NCBI GenBank assembly: GCA_963766325.1
Contig: CAVXZF010000010.1
Location: 160,517 to 224,516 of the forward strand
Direction: 5' to 3'
From: an uncultured Actinomycetota bacterium
GTDB taxonomy: Bacteria > Actinomycetota > Actinomycetes > Mycobacteriales > CADCTP01
Length of the DNA stretch: 64,000 bases
Shown: positions 28,258 through 38,478 of the stretch, in pieces
How positions within the stretch are numbered: position 1 is the first letter of the stretch
Layout of the letters: each line of letters opens with the position of its first letter
Position numbers and translations under genes: made by a program
Notes under the pieces: generated by a model
What the model was told of the DNA's origin: nothing
The model's input: only the letters and a program-made list of their open reading frames with translations
Databases searched by the model: none

Positions 28258-29394
28258 ATGGAGCTGACCTGGGAGCTGGTGCGGGCGCGGCGGCTGGTCC
28301 GGCACGGGCTGGCCGAGCCGCTCGCGGCCGGGCCGGCGGACGTGGTCCGGGCCATGGGCGGGGCGCATGCGCAGGTGATGGTGGCCGGCGAGCTGTCGGT
28401 GGCGCTGCGGACCGCCGGCGCCGGCCGCGCGGAGGTGCAGGCCGCGCTGTGGACCGACCACACGCTGGTGAAGACCTACGGCCCGCGGGGGACCGTGCAT
28501 TTCCTGCCGACCGCCGACCTGCCGATGTGGACCGGTGCGCTGTCCGCGCTGCCGCCGCACTCGCCCTTCTCCGAGGACGTACGGCTGACGCCGGAGCAGA
28601 CCGAGGCCGTGGTGGCCGGCATCGGCACCGTGCTCGCCGACGCCGAGCTGACCGTGGACGAGCTGACCGAGGCGCTGGCCGACACGGTCGGGCCGTGGGC
28701 GGCGGACCGGGTGATGCCGGCCTTCCAGGACCTGTGGCCACGCTGGCGGCAGGCCACCGCGCTGGCCGCGCACCGCGGGCTGCTCTGCTTCGGACCCAAC
28801 CGCGGGCGCAGGGTGACCCACACCAGCCCGCGCCGCTGGCTGCCCGGGCTGGCGCCGGCGCCGGACGGGCTCGGCGCGCTGCTGCGGGCGTACCTTCACT
28901 CGTACGGGCCGGCGCGGCCGCGGGACTTCGCCCAGTGGCTGTCCGCGCCGCCGGCCTGGGCCGCACGCGTCTTCGCCGAGCACGCCGGGTCGCTGCAGGA
29001 GGTGGTGGTCGACGGGGTCGAGGGCTGGGTCGTCGCCGGGGACGTCGAGATGCCCGCCGATCCGCCGCGCGGGCTCCGGCTGCTGCCGTACTTCGACGCG
29101 TATGCGGTCGGCAGCCACCCGCGGGACCGGGTCTACCCCGGCCCCGCGGCGAGCCGGGCGCTGGCCGGCAGCCAGGCCGGCAACTTCCCGGTGCTGCTCG
29201 TCGACGGCGTGGTCGCCGGCGTCTGGCACCAGAAGCGCAGCGGCAAGCGGCTCGCCGTCACCGTCGAGCCGCTGCGACCGCTGTCGGCCGCCCGCCGCCG
29301 CGAACTCACCGCCCAGGTCGACCGCGTCGCCGAGATCCTCGGCGGCACCGCCGACCTCACCGTCGGCCCCGTCACCGTCGGCCCCCACGCCTGA
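28258..29394 (+). CDS. AlkZ/YcaQ (HTH_42) family DNA glycosylase-like protein
   Basis: HAQ motif, PRGTVHF, YLHSYGPA, LLPYFDAY, LVDGVVAGVW. Confidence 0.88.
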   Translation: MELTWELVRARRLVRHGLAEPLAAGPADVVRAMGGAHAQVMVAGELSVALRTAGAGRAEVQAALWTDHTLVKTYGPRGTVHFLPTADLPMWTGALSALPPHSPFSEDVRLTPEQTEAVVAGIGTVLADAELTVDELTEALADTVGPWAADRVMPAFQDLWPRWRQATALAAHRGLLCFGPNRGRRVTHTSPRRWLPGLAPAPDGLGALLRAYLHSYGPARPRDFAQWLSAPPAWAARVFAEHAGSLQEVVVDGVEGWVVAGDVEMPADPPRGLRLLPYFDAYAVGSHPRDRVYPGPAASRALAGSQAGNFPVLLVDGVVAGVWHQKRSGKRLAVTVEPLRPLSAARRRELTAQVDRVAEILGGTADLTVGPVTVGPHA

Positions 29395-29397
29395 GAG

Positions 29398-31041
29398 TTA
29401 CGGCGTGGCGTCCTCCGCCACCGTGGGCAGCTGGTAGTCGGCGAAGCGGTCGCGAAGCGTCTTCTTGGAGAACTTGCCGACCGAGGTCTTGGGCACCTCG
29501 TCGATGAAGACGACGTCGTCCGGCAGCCACCACTTCGCCACCCGCGGCTTCAGGTAGTCGATCAGCTCCTCCTTGGTCGCCGCCGCGTCGGGCTTGAGCA
29601 CCACCGCGGCCAGCGGGCGCTCCTGCCAGCGCGGGTGCGGCACGCCGATCACCGCGGCCTCGGCGACCGCCGGGTGGCCCATGAGGTGGTTTTCCAGCTC
29701 GACCGAGCTGATCCACTCGCCACCGGACTTGACCAGGTCCTTGGTCCGGTCGGACAGCCGGATGTTCCCGTAGGCGTCCATGGCGCCGACGTCGCCGGTG
29801 CGCAGCCAGCCGTCCTCGGTGAACGACTCGCCGCTGGGCTCGGTCCGGTAGTAGGCCGCCGCGATCCACGGTCCGCGCACCTGCAGCTCGCCGGTCGCCA
29901 CGTCGTCCCAGGGCAGCTCGTTGAGCGTGCCCGGCTCGACGATCCGCGCGTCCACGCCGACCGGCGGGATGCCTTGCCGGGCCCGGACGTCGGCCAGCTC
30001 GTCCTCGCCGAGCCCGTCGTACGCCGACGCCATGTTGTTGACCGAGCCGAGCGGGCTGGTCTCGGTCATCCCCCAGGCGTGCAGGATCGGCCGGCCGAGC
30101 TTTTCCTTATAAGCCTCCGACAGCGCCTTGGGCACCGCCGAGCCGCCGCACAGGATGGTCCGCAGGCCGGACAGGTCGTGCTGGTCGAGCAGCGGCAGCA
30201 TCCCCATCCAGATCGTGGGCACCCCGCCGGTCATCGTGACCCGCTCCTCGGCGAGCATCGCCGCGATCTTGTCCGGCGTCATCTGCGGGCCGGGCAGCAC
30301 CAGCTCGGACCCGGCGAACAGCGGCGAGTGGGCGAAGCCCCAGGCGTTGGCGTGGAAGAGCGGCACCACCGGCAGCACCCGGTCCCGCTCGGTCATGCCG
30401 AGGCCGCCGGCCGCGTTGAGCGAGGACAGCGAGTGCAGGTAGAGCGAGCGGTGCGAGTAGACGACGCCCTTGGGGTTGCCGGTCGTGCCGGACGTGTAGC
30501 ACATCGCGGCCGCCGCGCCCTCGTCGTCGGCGGCGAAGCGGACCGGGGACGCCTCGGCGAGCAGGTCGTCCAGCAGCAGCACCCGCGGGTCGTCCGGGAT
30601 GTCGCAGGGCGCGCCGTCGTCCATCACGATGAAGTGGCGGACCGTCTCGAAGGTCGGCGCCAGCTTCCAGAACAGCGGCAGCAGCGACCGGTCGACGAAG
30701 ACGACGTCGTCCTCGGCGTGGTTGGCGATGTAGGTCAGCTGCTCCGGGAAGAGCCGGATGTTGAGCGTGTGCAGGATCCGCCCGGTGCACGGGGCCGCCC
30801 AGTAGAGCCCGAGGTGGTCGGCCGTGTTCCAGGCGAAGGTGCCCACCCGGGCCTCCGCCGGCACCCCGAGCGCGTCGAGCACGCCGCCCAGCCGGCGGGT
30901 GCGGTCGGCCCACTCGGCGACCGTGGCCCGCTCCCGGCCGGTCGCGGTGCCCCAGACGACCTCCTTGTTGCCGAACAGCCGCTCATACCGGTCGAAGACC
31001 GGCGGGAGGGTCAATGGGTAGTCCTGCATCAGTCCCTGCAC
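29398..31041 (-). CDS. Long-chain fatty acid--CoA ligase (AlkK-like)
   Basis: [46 protein letters not shown]. Confidence 0.93.
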   Translation of the reverse strand: MQGLMQDYPLTLPPVFDRYERLFGNKEVVWGTATGRERATVAEWADRTRRLGGVLDALGVPAEARVGTFAWNTADHLGLYWAAPCTGRILHTLNIRLFPEQLTYIANHAEDDVVFVDRSLLPLFWKLAPTFETVRHFIVMDDGAPCDIPDDPRVLLLDDLLAEASPVRFAADDEGAAAAMCYTSGTTGNPKGVVYSHRSLYLHSLSSLNAAGGLGMTERDRVLPVVPLFHANAWGFAHSPLFAGSELVLPGPQMTPDKIAAMLAEERVTMTGGVPTIWMGMLPLLDQHDLSGLRTILCGGSAVPKALSEAYKEKLGRPILHAWGMTETSPLGSVNNMASAYDGLGEDELADVRARQGIPPVGVDARIVEPGTLNELPWDDVATGELQVRGPWIAAAYYRTEPSGESFTEDGWLRTGDVGAMDAYGNIRLSDRTKDLVKSGGEWISSVELENHLMGHPAVAEAAVIGVPHPRWQERPLAAVVLKPDAAATKEELIDYLKPRVAKWWLPDDVVFIDEVPKTSVGKFSKKTLRDRFADYQLPTVAEDATP

Positions 31042-31162
31042 GGCGGCCTCCTCGTCGGGTCGTCTGCCGGGAGCCTGCCATGCCCACCCAACACCCGACA
31101 CGCCCGGTCCACAGCCGGCGCCGCTGTCCACAGTCCGGTCGCGGCCTCTGGCGCGGTCGGGG

Positions 31163-32401
31163 TCAGGTGTGCCAGGTGGGGGCGGCCCGGGTGCCGGCGG
31201 CGCGGGCGGCCAGCACGGCCGGCCGGGTCCGCTCCCAGAGCGCGGCGACCACTCGCTCGAGCAGCTCGCCCAGGCTGACGACCCGGTTGGCGTGCTCCTC
31301 CCCGAGTTGCCGGCGCAGGGTGTCGCGCAGCACGGCCCGGCGCTGGCCGGCCGGCGGGTGGGAGCCGATCGTCTGCCGGGTCTCGTCCCCGGTCCGCAGC
31401 AGCGACACCGCCCGGTCCATCACGTCCATCGCGCTGAAGAACAGGTCGCTGCCCCAGTAGCTGAGGCCGGCGTCCAGCCGCTTGACCGTCTGCATCGCCG
31501 CGGTGGACAGCAGCGAGCCGTAGATGTCGGCCTCGTGCTCCTGCCGCCATGAATACTCCAGCGCCTCGACGCCCTCGCCCGGCAGCAGCGCCGTCCGCCC
31601 GGCCGCCGCGGTGAGGTGGCCGGCGACGACGTGGCCGTACTCGTGGCCGAGCACGAACAGCTCCAGCGCCTCCCGGAGGTGGCCGGCGATCACGCCGCGC
31701 GGCCCGTCCTCGACGTACCGCGGGGCGTCGCCGGGCCGCCCGGTCGTCGCGTACGCCAGCACGACCTCGGTGAAGCGCCGCGGCACCGACTCGTCCGAGT
31801 CGATCCGCTCCTCGATGGCGCCCTGCTCGACCGAGAAGCCCAGCCACTCGCCGTCCCGGCTGGTCAGCGGAAGGGCCCGGGCCACCGCCTTGCTGAGCAG
31901 CAGCGCGAACAGGAACATCTGCGACTCGAAGAGCACCAGGTGCTCGTCCGTGCCCGGGACAAGGATGGTCACCGCGTTGACCCGGCCGTGCGGCAGGCTG
32001 CCGAGCACCGGCCGGCGCGGCACCGGCAGCCGGACCTGCGTCGTCGCGGTCTCGATGTGGCCGGCCAGCTCGACCAGGATCGAGTACATCAGCGGGTCCT
32101 CGTACGGCGACGGCGCCAGCCGCCGGTTGCGCTCGGCGTCGCGGGCCAGCTGCTCCCGCAGGCGCCGCTGCTCGTCCGGTGAGCGGTTGCCGAAGTGGGT
32201 GGCCACCATGGTCGCGGCGGCGAGGGCGCCGAAGGGGCCGTGGTAGACGTTCGGGCTGGTGCCGGTGGCCGCGTACGCCCGCTCCTGCAGCGCGGTGAGC
32301 AGCTGCCGGGCCCGGGGCGACCCGGCGAAGGCGGCCGGCCCGGTCACGCGGACCAGCCCGGCGTCCCCGGGGTCGACGACCACCAGCTGCGAATCGGTCA
32401 A
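31163..32401 (-). CDS. Zinc metallopeptidase-like protein (HExxH; M48/U49-like)
   Basis: VNAVT, FVLGHEYGH, EHEAD, SHP...R; TTG start with GGAGG. Confidence 0.7.
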   Translation of the reverse strand: MTDSQLVVVDPGDAGLVRVTGPAAFAGSPRARQLLTALQERAYAATGTSPNVYHGPFGALAAATMVATHFGNRSPDEQRRLREQLARDAERNRRLAPSPYEDPLMYSILVELAGHIETATTQVRLPVPRRPVLGSLPHGRVNAVTILVPGTDEHLVLFESQMFLFALLLSKAVARALPLTSRDGEWLGFSVEQGAIEERIDSDESVPRRFTEVVLAYATTGRPGDAPRYVEDGPRGVIAGHLREALELFVLGHEYGHVVAGHLTAAAGRTALLPGEGVEALEYSWRQEHEADIYGSLLSTAAMQTVKRLDAGLSYWGSDLFFSAMDVMDRAVSLLRTGDETRQTIGSHPPAGQRRAVLRDTLRRQLGEEHANRVVSLGELLERVVAALWERTRPAVLAARAAGTRAAPTWHT

Positions 32402-32490
32402 CGCGGTCCTCCGAGGGCGATCCGGTGGTCCACCCAGTGTGTCAGAGACCGGTCACCCCAAGATCATCGCCGTCCCCCCACCTCCGGGGT

Positions 32491-32835
32491 TCAGCCGGAC
32501 CAGAAGGCGCGCAGCTCCAGCACGCCGTGCGCGGCGACCGGGTGCTTCGCCGCCAGCGCGACCGCCTCGTCGAGGTCGGCGCACTCCAGCACGTCGAAGC
32601 CGGCGATCTGCTCCTTGGTCTCCGCGTACGGCCCGTCGCTGACCAGCACCCGCCCGTCCCGGATGCGGACCGTGGTCGCCTCCGCCGGCGGCCGCAGCCG
32701 GTCGCCGGTGAGCCGGCGCGGCCCGGCCTCGGCCACCCAGGGCTCGGCGGTGTCCGCCCCGCCGGACTCCGTCGGGTCGTCCTCCCGGCCCAGGTCGGCC
32801 GACCCGTCCACACACACCAGCATCAGGTACTTCAT
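32491..32835 (-). CDS. YciI/DGPF family protein
   Basis: MKYLMLV...SDGPYAETKEQIAGF...LELR. Confidence 0.92.
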   Translation of the reverse strand: MKYLMLVCVDGSADLGREDDPTESGGADTAEPWVAEAGPRRLTGDRLRPPAEATTVRIRDGRVLVSDGPYAETKEQIAGFDVLECADLDEAVALAAKHPVAAHGVLELRAFWSG

Positions 32836-32851
32836 CCCTGCCTCCTCGTCG

Positions 32852-34057
32852 TCAGCGTCCACCCCATGACGAACGGCCCCCGCCCGGATCGACAGCGACG
32901 GGGAGGGTGGCGAGGCCGCGGAGGACGAACTCGGGGCGGCGGACCGGCTCGCCGGCCAGCTCGATGCGGGGGAAGCGGGCCAGCAGGGTGGCCAGCGAGA
33001 CCTGCAGCTCGACCCGGGCCAGCGGGGCACCGAGGCAGAAGTGGATGCCGGCGCCGAAGCCGAGATGCGGGTTGACCGTCCGGCCGACGTCCAGCCGGTC
33101 GGGGAGGTCGAAGACCGCCGGGTCCCGGTTGGCCGCGCCGAGCAGGGCGGCGACCTTCTGCCCGGCGCGCACGGTCACGCCGGCCACCGAGACGTCCTGC
33201 TTCGCGGTCCGCTCGAAGAGCTGCAGCGGCGAGTCGTACCGGATCAGCTCCTCGACCGCCGACTCCAGCAGGGACGGGTCGGCCCGCAGCCGGGCCAGCT
33301 GGTCGGGGTGCCGGAGCAGCGCCAGCACCCCGTTGCCGACCACGTTGACGCTCGCCTCGTGGCCGGCCATCTGCAGCAGGACAGCCGTCGCGACCAGCTC
33401 GTCCTCGGCCAGCCGGGACCCGTCCGCGTCCCGGATGCCGGTCAGCGAGGACAGCAGGTCGTCGCCCGGGTGCCGGCGGCGGTAGGCGATGAGCGAGCGC
33501 ACGTACGCCACGTACTCGGCGGCGGCCGCCTCGGCCGCGACCCGGGTCTCGGGGAGCACCCGGTACTCGTACAGCTTGACGATCGCGTTGGACCACGGCC
33601 GGAGCAGCCCGCGGTCGGAGTCCGGCACCCCGAGCAGCGCGGCGATGACCGCGACCGGCAGCGGCTCGGCGTACGCCGGCAGCAGGTCGACCGTCCCGCT
33701 CATCGCGGACGCCAGCTCGTCGGCGACCACCATGACCCGCGACCGGAGCCGCTCCACCTGTCCGCGGGAGAAGCCGGCGGCGACCAGCCGGCGCAGCCGG
33801 GTGTGCACCGGCGGCTCGTTCTCCAGCATCGAGTGGACGTGCAGCAGCGTGTACGCCGGCAGCGACTCCTCCGGCCAGCGCAGCGTCCAGAGCCGGCCCA
33901 GCCGGCGGTCCCGGAGCACGGCGTCAGCCTCGGCGTGCCCGTAAGTCACCCACATGCCCATGCCGTCGTGCCACGCTGTCCGGGCCCGGGATCGCTCCGC
34001 GGCGAAGATGGGGTAAGGGTCGGCCACCACGGTCGGTGCGGCCGGATCGAAGTCCAC
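32852..34057 (-). CDS. Cytochrome P450
   Basis: AGHEAS I-helix, EELIR, HLGFGAGIHFCLG heme motif. Confidence 0.96.
   Translation of the reverse strand: MDFDPAAPTVVADPYPIFAAERSRARTAWHDGMGMWVTYGHAEADAVLRDRRLGRLWTLRWPEESLPAYTLLHVHSMLENEPPVHTRLRRLVAAGFSRGQVERLRSRVMVVADELASAMSGTVDLLPAYAEPLPVAVIAALLGVPDSDRGLLRPWSNAIVKLYEYRVLPETRVAAEAAAAEYVAYVRSLIAYRRRHPGDDLLSSLTGIRDADGSRLAEDELVATAVLLQMAGHEASVNVVGNGVLALLRHPDQLARLRADPSLLESAVEELIRYDSPLQLFERTAKQDVSVAGVTVRAGQKVAALLGAANRDPAVFDLPDRLDVGRTVNPHLGFGAGIHFCLGAPLARVELQVSLATLLARFPRIELAGEPVRRPEFVLRGLATLPVAVDPGGGRSSWGGR
32868..32894 (-). promoter_or_regulatory. ECF42-type promoter TGTCGA-N17-CGTC
   Basis: TGTCGA at 32889-32894 and CGTC at 32868-32871, upstream of the YciI gene and inside the P450 3' end. 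Confidence 0.7.
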
Positions 34058-34086
34058 GACCAGGAACGGTAGGACGAGAAGCCATC

Positions 34087-34902
34087 ATGGGGGGCCGACC
34101 GCTCGTCATCGCCCATCGCGGTTCCTCGTACGCGGTGGCCGAGCACACCCTGGGCGCGTACCTGCGGGCCATCGAAGAAGGCGCGGACGGGGTGGAGTGC
34201 GACGTCCGGCTGACCCGGGACGGCCACCTCGTCTGCGTGCACGACCGCCGGGTCGACCGGACCTCGTCCGGCCGCGGGGTGGTGTCCGACTTCGACCTCG
34301 ACGACCTGCGCGGGTTCGACTTCGGCTCCTGGCATCCCGCGCTGCCCGACTCCGCCGACGAGCTGCTGGACCGGACCGCGTACATCGAGGAGCGGGACAG
34401 CACCGAGGCCCCGGTGCTCACCCTGGAGCGGCTGCTGGAGGCGCTCGCCGACGCCGGCCGGCCGGTCCGGCTGCTGGTCGAGACCAAGCACCCGACCCGG
34501 TACGCCGGGCTGGTCGAGCAGCAGCTGGTCCGGCTGCTGCACCGCTTCGGGCTGGCCACCCCGGCGGACCGGTGGCGCTCGCCGGTGACCGTGATGAGCT
34601 TCTCGCCGGTCGCCGTACGGCGGGTGCGGCTGCTCGCCCCGGCGCTGCCGACCGTGCAGCTGTACGAGCGGATGCCGGTGCTGCGCCGGGACGGCTCGCT
34701 CTCGGCCGCGGCCGACGTGGCCGGGCCGTGGGTGGAGATCCTGCGCGCGCACCCCGGGTACGTCCGGCGGGTGCACGGCCGGGGGCACCCGGTCTACGTC
34801 TGGACCGTGGACGAGCCGGACGACATCGACCTGGTGCTCGGGCTGGGCGTGGACGCGGTGATCACGAACCGGCCGAAGGACGTGCTGGCTCGGCTCGGCT
34901 GA
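34087..34902 (+). CDS. Glycerophosphodiester phosphodiesterase
   Basis: IAHRG, EHT, ECDVRLTRDG...HD, ETK, WTVD, ITNRP. Confidence 0.93.
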   Translation: MGGRPLVIAHRGSSYAVAEHTLGAYLRAIEEGADGVECDVRLTRDGHLVCVHDRRVDRTSSGRGVVSDFDLDDLRGFDFGSWHPALPDSADELLDRTAYIEERDSTEAPVLTLERLLEALADAGRPVRLLVETKHPTRYAGLVEQQLVRLLHRFGLATPADRWRSPVTVMSFSPVAVRRVRLLAPALPTVQLYERMPVLRRDGSLSAAADVAGPWVEILRAHPGYVRRVHGRGHPVYVWTVDEPDDIDLVLGLGVDAVITNRPKDVLARLG

Positions 34903-35401
34903 CCTCCCGGGCCTCCCGGGCCTCCCGGGCCTCCCGGGCCTCCCGCGCGTCCCGTCCCGCCTCGGGCCCGGCGTGGTGGGCCACGATCCGGGACAGCAGC
35001 CGCTCCAGCTCGGACCGCTCGTCCGCGTCCAGCGGCGCGAGCACCTCCTCGTTGGCCTCCCGGGCGAGGTGGCGCAGCCGGGCGACCGCGAGCAGGCCCC
35101 GATCGGTGACTTCCAGCGCGTACCGCCGGCGGTCGCTCGGGTCCCGCCGCCGCTCCAGCAGCCCGGCCCGCTCCAGGATGTCGACCAGCGTGACCAGGTC
35201 GCTCGGGTCGAGCAGCAGCACCGAGCTGACCTCGCGCTGGGACACCGGCTCGAGCTCGGCCACGGTGTGCAGCACGCCGACGCAGCCGGGCCGGAAGCCG
35301 GCCTCGATCGCCCAGGTCTCGTTGGCCATCCGGTCGGCCATCGCGCGCCGGGTCAGCTGCGCCAGCCGGTGCGTCAGCGTGGTGACGTCCCGGTCGGGCA
35401 T
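34862..35401 (-). CDS. MarR family transcriptional regulator
   Basis: SQREVS...LVDILERAGLLERRRDPSDRR; TATGAT-N6-ATG. Confidence 0.9.
   Translation of the reverse strand: MPDRDVTTLTHRLAQLTRRAMADRMANETWAIEAGFRPGCVGVLHTVAELEPVSQREVSSVLLLDPSDLVTLVDILERAGLLERRRDPSDRRRYALEVTDRGLLAVARLRHLAREANEEVLAPLDADERSELERLLSRIVAHHAGPEAGRDAREAREAREAREAREVSRAEPARPSAGS
34903..34947. repeat. 9-bp tandem repeat CCTCCCGGG x4 plus one degenerate copy
   Basis: Read directly; encodes (REA)n in the MarR tail. Confidence 0.9.
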
Positions 35402-35454
35402 GCGGTCATCATAAGACGATTGACCACGGGGTCGCCCAATGGTGGGATGCTCCC

Positions 35455-36438
35455 ATGGATTCACCGCCGCCGGCCATCGAGGTGGTCGGGCTGGAGAAGC
35501 GCTTCGGGGACGTCGAGGCGGTGCGCGGCGTCGACTTCCGGGTGGAGGCGGGGGAGACCTTCGGGTTCCTCGGGCCCAACGGGGCCGGCAAGTCCACCAC
35601 CATCAACATCCTCTGCACGCTCGCCCGGGCCACCGCCGGCAGCGCCCGGGTCGCCGGCCACGACGTCGCGACCGAGCGCGACGCCGTACGGCGCTCGATC
35701 GGCCTGGTCTTCCAGGACCAGACCCTGGACAGCGACCTCACCGCGGAGCAGAACCTGCGCTTCCACGCCGAGCTCTACGGGGTGCCCCGGGCGGTGCTCG
35801 ACCAGCGCATCGACGACATGCTCCGGATGGTCGGGCTGACCGACCGCCGCGGCAGCGTGGTGCAGACCTTCTCCGGCGGCATGCGGCGCCGGCTGGAGAT
35901 CGCCCGCGGGCTGCTGCACTCGCCGCGGGTGCTGTTCCTGGACGAGCCGACCATCGGGCTCGACCCGCAGAGCCGGGCGTCGGTGTGGGACTACATCCGG
36001 GCGCTGCGCGAGCGGGAGGACATCACCGTCTTCCTCACCACCCACTACATGGACGAGGCCGAGCACTGCGACCGGATCGCGATCATGGACGCCGGCCGGA
36101 TCGTCGCCCTGGACACCCCGGAGGCGCTGAAGGCCGCCGTCGGCAAGGACCGGGTGCAGATCACCACCGCGGACGACGAGACCGCGATCGCGGCACTGCG
36201 GGCCCGCTTCGGCATCGAGGCCGGCATGCACTCCGGCGAGGTCACCTTCGCTGTCGCGGACGGGGAGCGCTTCGTGCCGCGGCTGTTCGCCGAGCTGGGC
36301 GTGTCGATCCGCTCGGTCAGCGTGTCCAGCCCGAGCCTGGACGACGTCTTCCTTGGCCACACCGGCACCAGGATCCGGGACGCGGAGAGCACGACCGCCG
36401 ACCGGATCCCCGCCATGTTCCGCGCCGGGAGGCGATGA
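35455..36438 (+). CDS. ABC exporter ATP-binding subunit (DrrA-like)
   Basis: GPNGAGKST, FSGGM, FLDEPT, TTHYMDEA. Confidence 0.95.
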   Translation: MDSPPPAIEVVGLEKRFGDVEAVRGVDFRVEAGETFGFLGPNGAGKSTTINILCTLARATAGSARVAGHDVATERDAVRRSIGLVFQDQTLDSDLTAEQNLRFHAELYGVPRAVLDQRIDDMLRMVGLTDRRGSVVQTFSGGMRRRLEIARGLLHSPRVLFLDEPTIGLDPQSRASVWDYIRALREREDITVFLTTHYMDEAEHCDRIAIMDAGRIVALDTPEALKAAVGKDRVQITTADDETAIAALRARFGIEAGMHSGEVTFAVADGERFVPRLFAELGVSIRSVSVSSPSLDDVFLGHTGTRIRDAESTTADRIPAMFRAGRR

Positions 36439-37400
36439 GCGTGACGTCATCCACCCCAGGACCGCGCTCGGCCGCTCGGGTGCCGGATGCCGGATCGCCG
36501 GCCCCCCTCGCCACCGAGTACGCCGACCGGGTGGCCACCGCCGTGGCGACCGCCCCGATCGTGCCGGTCCGGCTGGCCGCCTCCGGCCCGCGGCACACGC
36601 TGCGCGCGGTCAAGGTGGTCTGGCAGCGGGAGATGATCCGCTTCTTCCGGGACAAGGGCCGGCTGGCGGCCGGGCTGGCCCAGCCGCTGCTGCTGCTCTT
36701 CGTGCTCGGCACCGGGCTGTCCGGGCTGGTCCGCGCCGGCACCGGCGGGGTCGCCTTCACCACCTTCCTCTTCCCGGGCATCCTCGCCACGTCGACGCTG
36801 TTCACAGCGATCTTCGCCGGCATCTCGATCGTCTGGGACCGCGAGTTCGGCTTCCTCCGGGAGATGCTGGTCGCGCCGGTGCCGCGGACCGCGATCCTGA
36901 CCGGCAAGTGCCTCGGCGGCGCCACCGTGGCGACCGCGCAGGCGTGCATCCTGCTCGCGCTCGCCGGGCTGGTCGGGGTGCCGTACGACCCGGTGATGAT
37001 CGTGATCCTGCTGCTGCTGCTCTTCCTCACCGCGCTGTCGATCACCGCGTTCGGGCTGATGATCTCGGCCCGGATCAAGCGCTTCCAGGCGGTCATGCCG
37101 ATCACGCAGCTGGTGCTGACGCCGATGATGTTCCTGTCCGGGGCGATGTTCCCGCTGGCCGGACTGCCCGCCTGGCTGGCCGTGCTGACCACGGTGAACC
37201 CGCTGACGTACGCGGTGGAGCCGATGCGGCACACCGTCTTCGAGCGGCTCGACCTGGACCCGGCCACCCGGGCCACGCTGGACCCGGGGATCACCTGGGG
37301 CGGCTGGGTCGTCCCGATCTGGCTGCAGATCCTGCTCGTGGCCGCCCTCGGCCTCGGCATGCTCGGCATCGCCGCCGCCCAGTTCCGCCGCCCGGACTAG
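36435..37400 (+). CDS. ABC-2 type permease (DrrB-like)
   Basis: DREFGFLREMLVAP, FLSGAMFP, NPLTY. Confidence 0.93.
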   Translation: MSVTSSTPGPRSAARVPDAGSPAPLATEYADRVATAVATAPIVPVRLAASGPRHTLRAVKVVWQREMIRFFRDKGRLAAGLAQPLLLLFVLGTGLSGLVRAGTGGVAFTTFLFPGILATSTLFTAIFAGISIVWDREFGFLREMLVAPVPRTAILTGKCLGGATVATAQACILLALAGLVGVPYDPVMIVILLLLLFLTALSITAFGLMISARIKRFQAVMPITQLVLTPMMFLSGAMFPLAGLPAWLAVLTTVNPLTYAVEPMRHTVFERLDLDPATRATLDPGITWGGWVVPIWLQILLVAALGLGMLGIAAAQFRRPD

Positions 37401-38347
37401 CTGCCGAGGCGGGCGGCGAGGGCCTGGGCGAGGGCGCGGCCGGAGGACCAGGCGGTCTCCACCCGCGGCTCGCCCCAGCCGTCCCCGCACAGCCCGACCA
37501 TCGCGTCGCCGAGGTGGTAGGGCTCGTGCCGCCGCTGCGTCGGCCGGGCCAGCGACCAGCGGTGCAGGTATGTCCACTCCGGCCGGCTCCCGATCTCCAT
37601 CACCCGCATCAGCGCGGCCAGCACCGGCTCGGTGGCGGCCTGCGGCGCGTCCAGGTGCGGGCCGGCGAACTCCGCGGTGGTGTGCGCGACCAGCACCGGC
37701 GCCCCGTCGCCGCGGCGCCGGCCGTCGTCGGCGACCCAGGTCAGCACCGGGTCGTCGTCGACGAAGACCCCGTCCACGTCCGGCCACACCTGCCGCCGCC
37801 AGCCCGCGGCCAGCGCGAGCGCGGGCTTGTACTCGCGGTCCCGCACGGCCCGCAGCTCCTCTGTCAGCTCGTCGGCGAGCAGGTCGGAGACCTGCGGGTC
37901 CGGCATGGCCAGCACGACCGCGGCGGCCGGCTCACCGTCCACGGTCGGCCCCGGGCCGACGTCGCTCACCTCGGTGCGGGTCACCATGTCCAGCCCGGTG
38001 GCGAGGTCCGCCACCAGCGACCGCAGCCCGCCGGGGGTGCCGTACCGGTCCGGGCCGACGGTGCTCTCGCCCCACCCGGAGGCGTCCCGCACCGCGAACC
38101 GGTCGGTCCACCGGTGCGCCAGCCCGCGCTCCAGCCAGGAGTCGACCACCTGCTGGAACTCGGGCGTCCGGCAGCTGAAGTACGACGCGCCGAGGTCGAC
38201 CCGGCGGTCGTCCAGGGTGCGGGTGGCCATCCGGCCGCCCGGCACGTACGAGCGCTCGCGCAGCTGGACCGGCACCCCCCGGGCGACCAGCTCGCGCGCG
38301 CAGGACACGCCGGCGATGCCGGCTCCGACCACCACCACGGGACCCAC
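37397..38347 (-). CDS. Renalase-like FAD-dependent oxidoreductase
   Basis: GAGIAG, GGRMATR, DLGASYF, HRWSLA, CGD, VETAWSSG. Confidence 0.9.
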   Translation of the reverse strand: MGPVVVVGAGIAGVSCARELVARGVPVQLRERSYVPGGRMATRTLDDRRVDLGASYFSCRTPEFQQVVDSWLERGLAHRWTDRFAVRDASGWGESTVGPDRYGTPGGLRSLVADLATGLDMVTRTEVSDVGPGPTVDGEPAAAVVLAMPDPQVSDLLADELTEELRAVRDREYKPALALAAGWRRQVWPDVDGVFVDDDPVLTWVADDGRRRGDGAPVLVAHTTAEFAGPHLDAPQAATEPVLAALMRVMEIGSRPEWTYLHRWSLARPTQRRHEPYHLGDAMVGLCGDGWGEPRVETAWSSGRALAQALAARLGS

Positions 38348-38478
38348 CGGTCCATCCTGTCCGCTCCGCCGGCCCGGCGCACGGGGGGCACGGGGGGAGC
38401 CGGGCATGGTTACCGGGACGGACGGTCGGGGATACCCCATCCGTCCGGAGTGCCTCCGAGAGGTGGCGGAGTGGTGCC

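Noticed and set aside
31107-31133. Two GTCCACAG words resembling DnaA boxes
   Set aside because: Only two imperfect copies, with no AT-rich unwinding region and no dnaA; too weak to call an origin.
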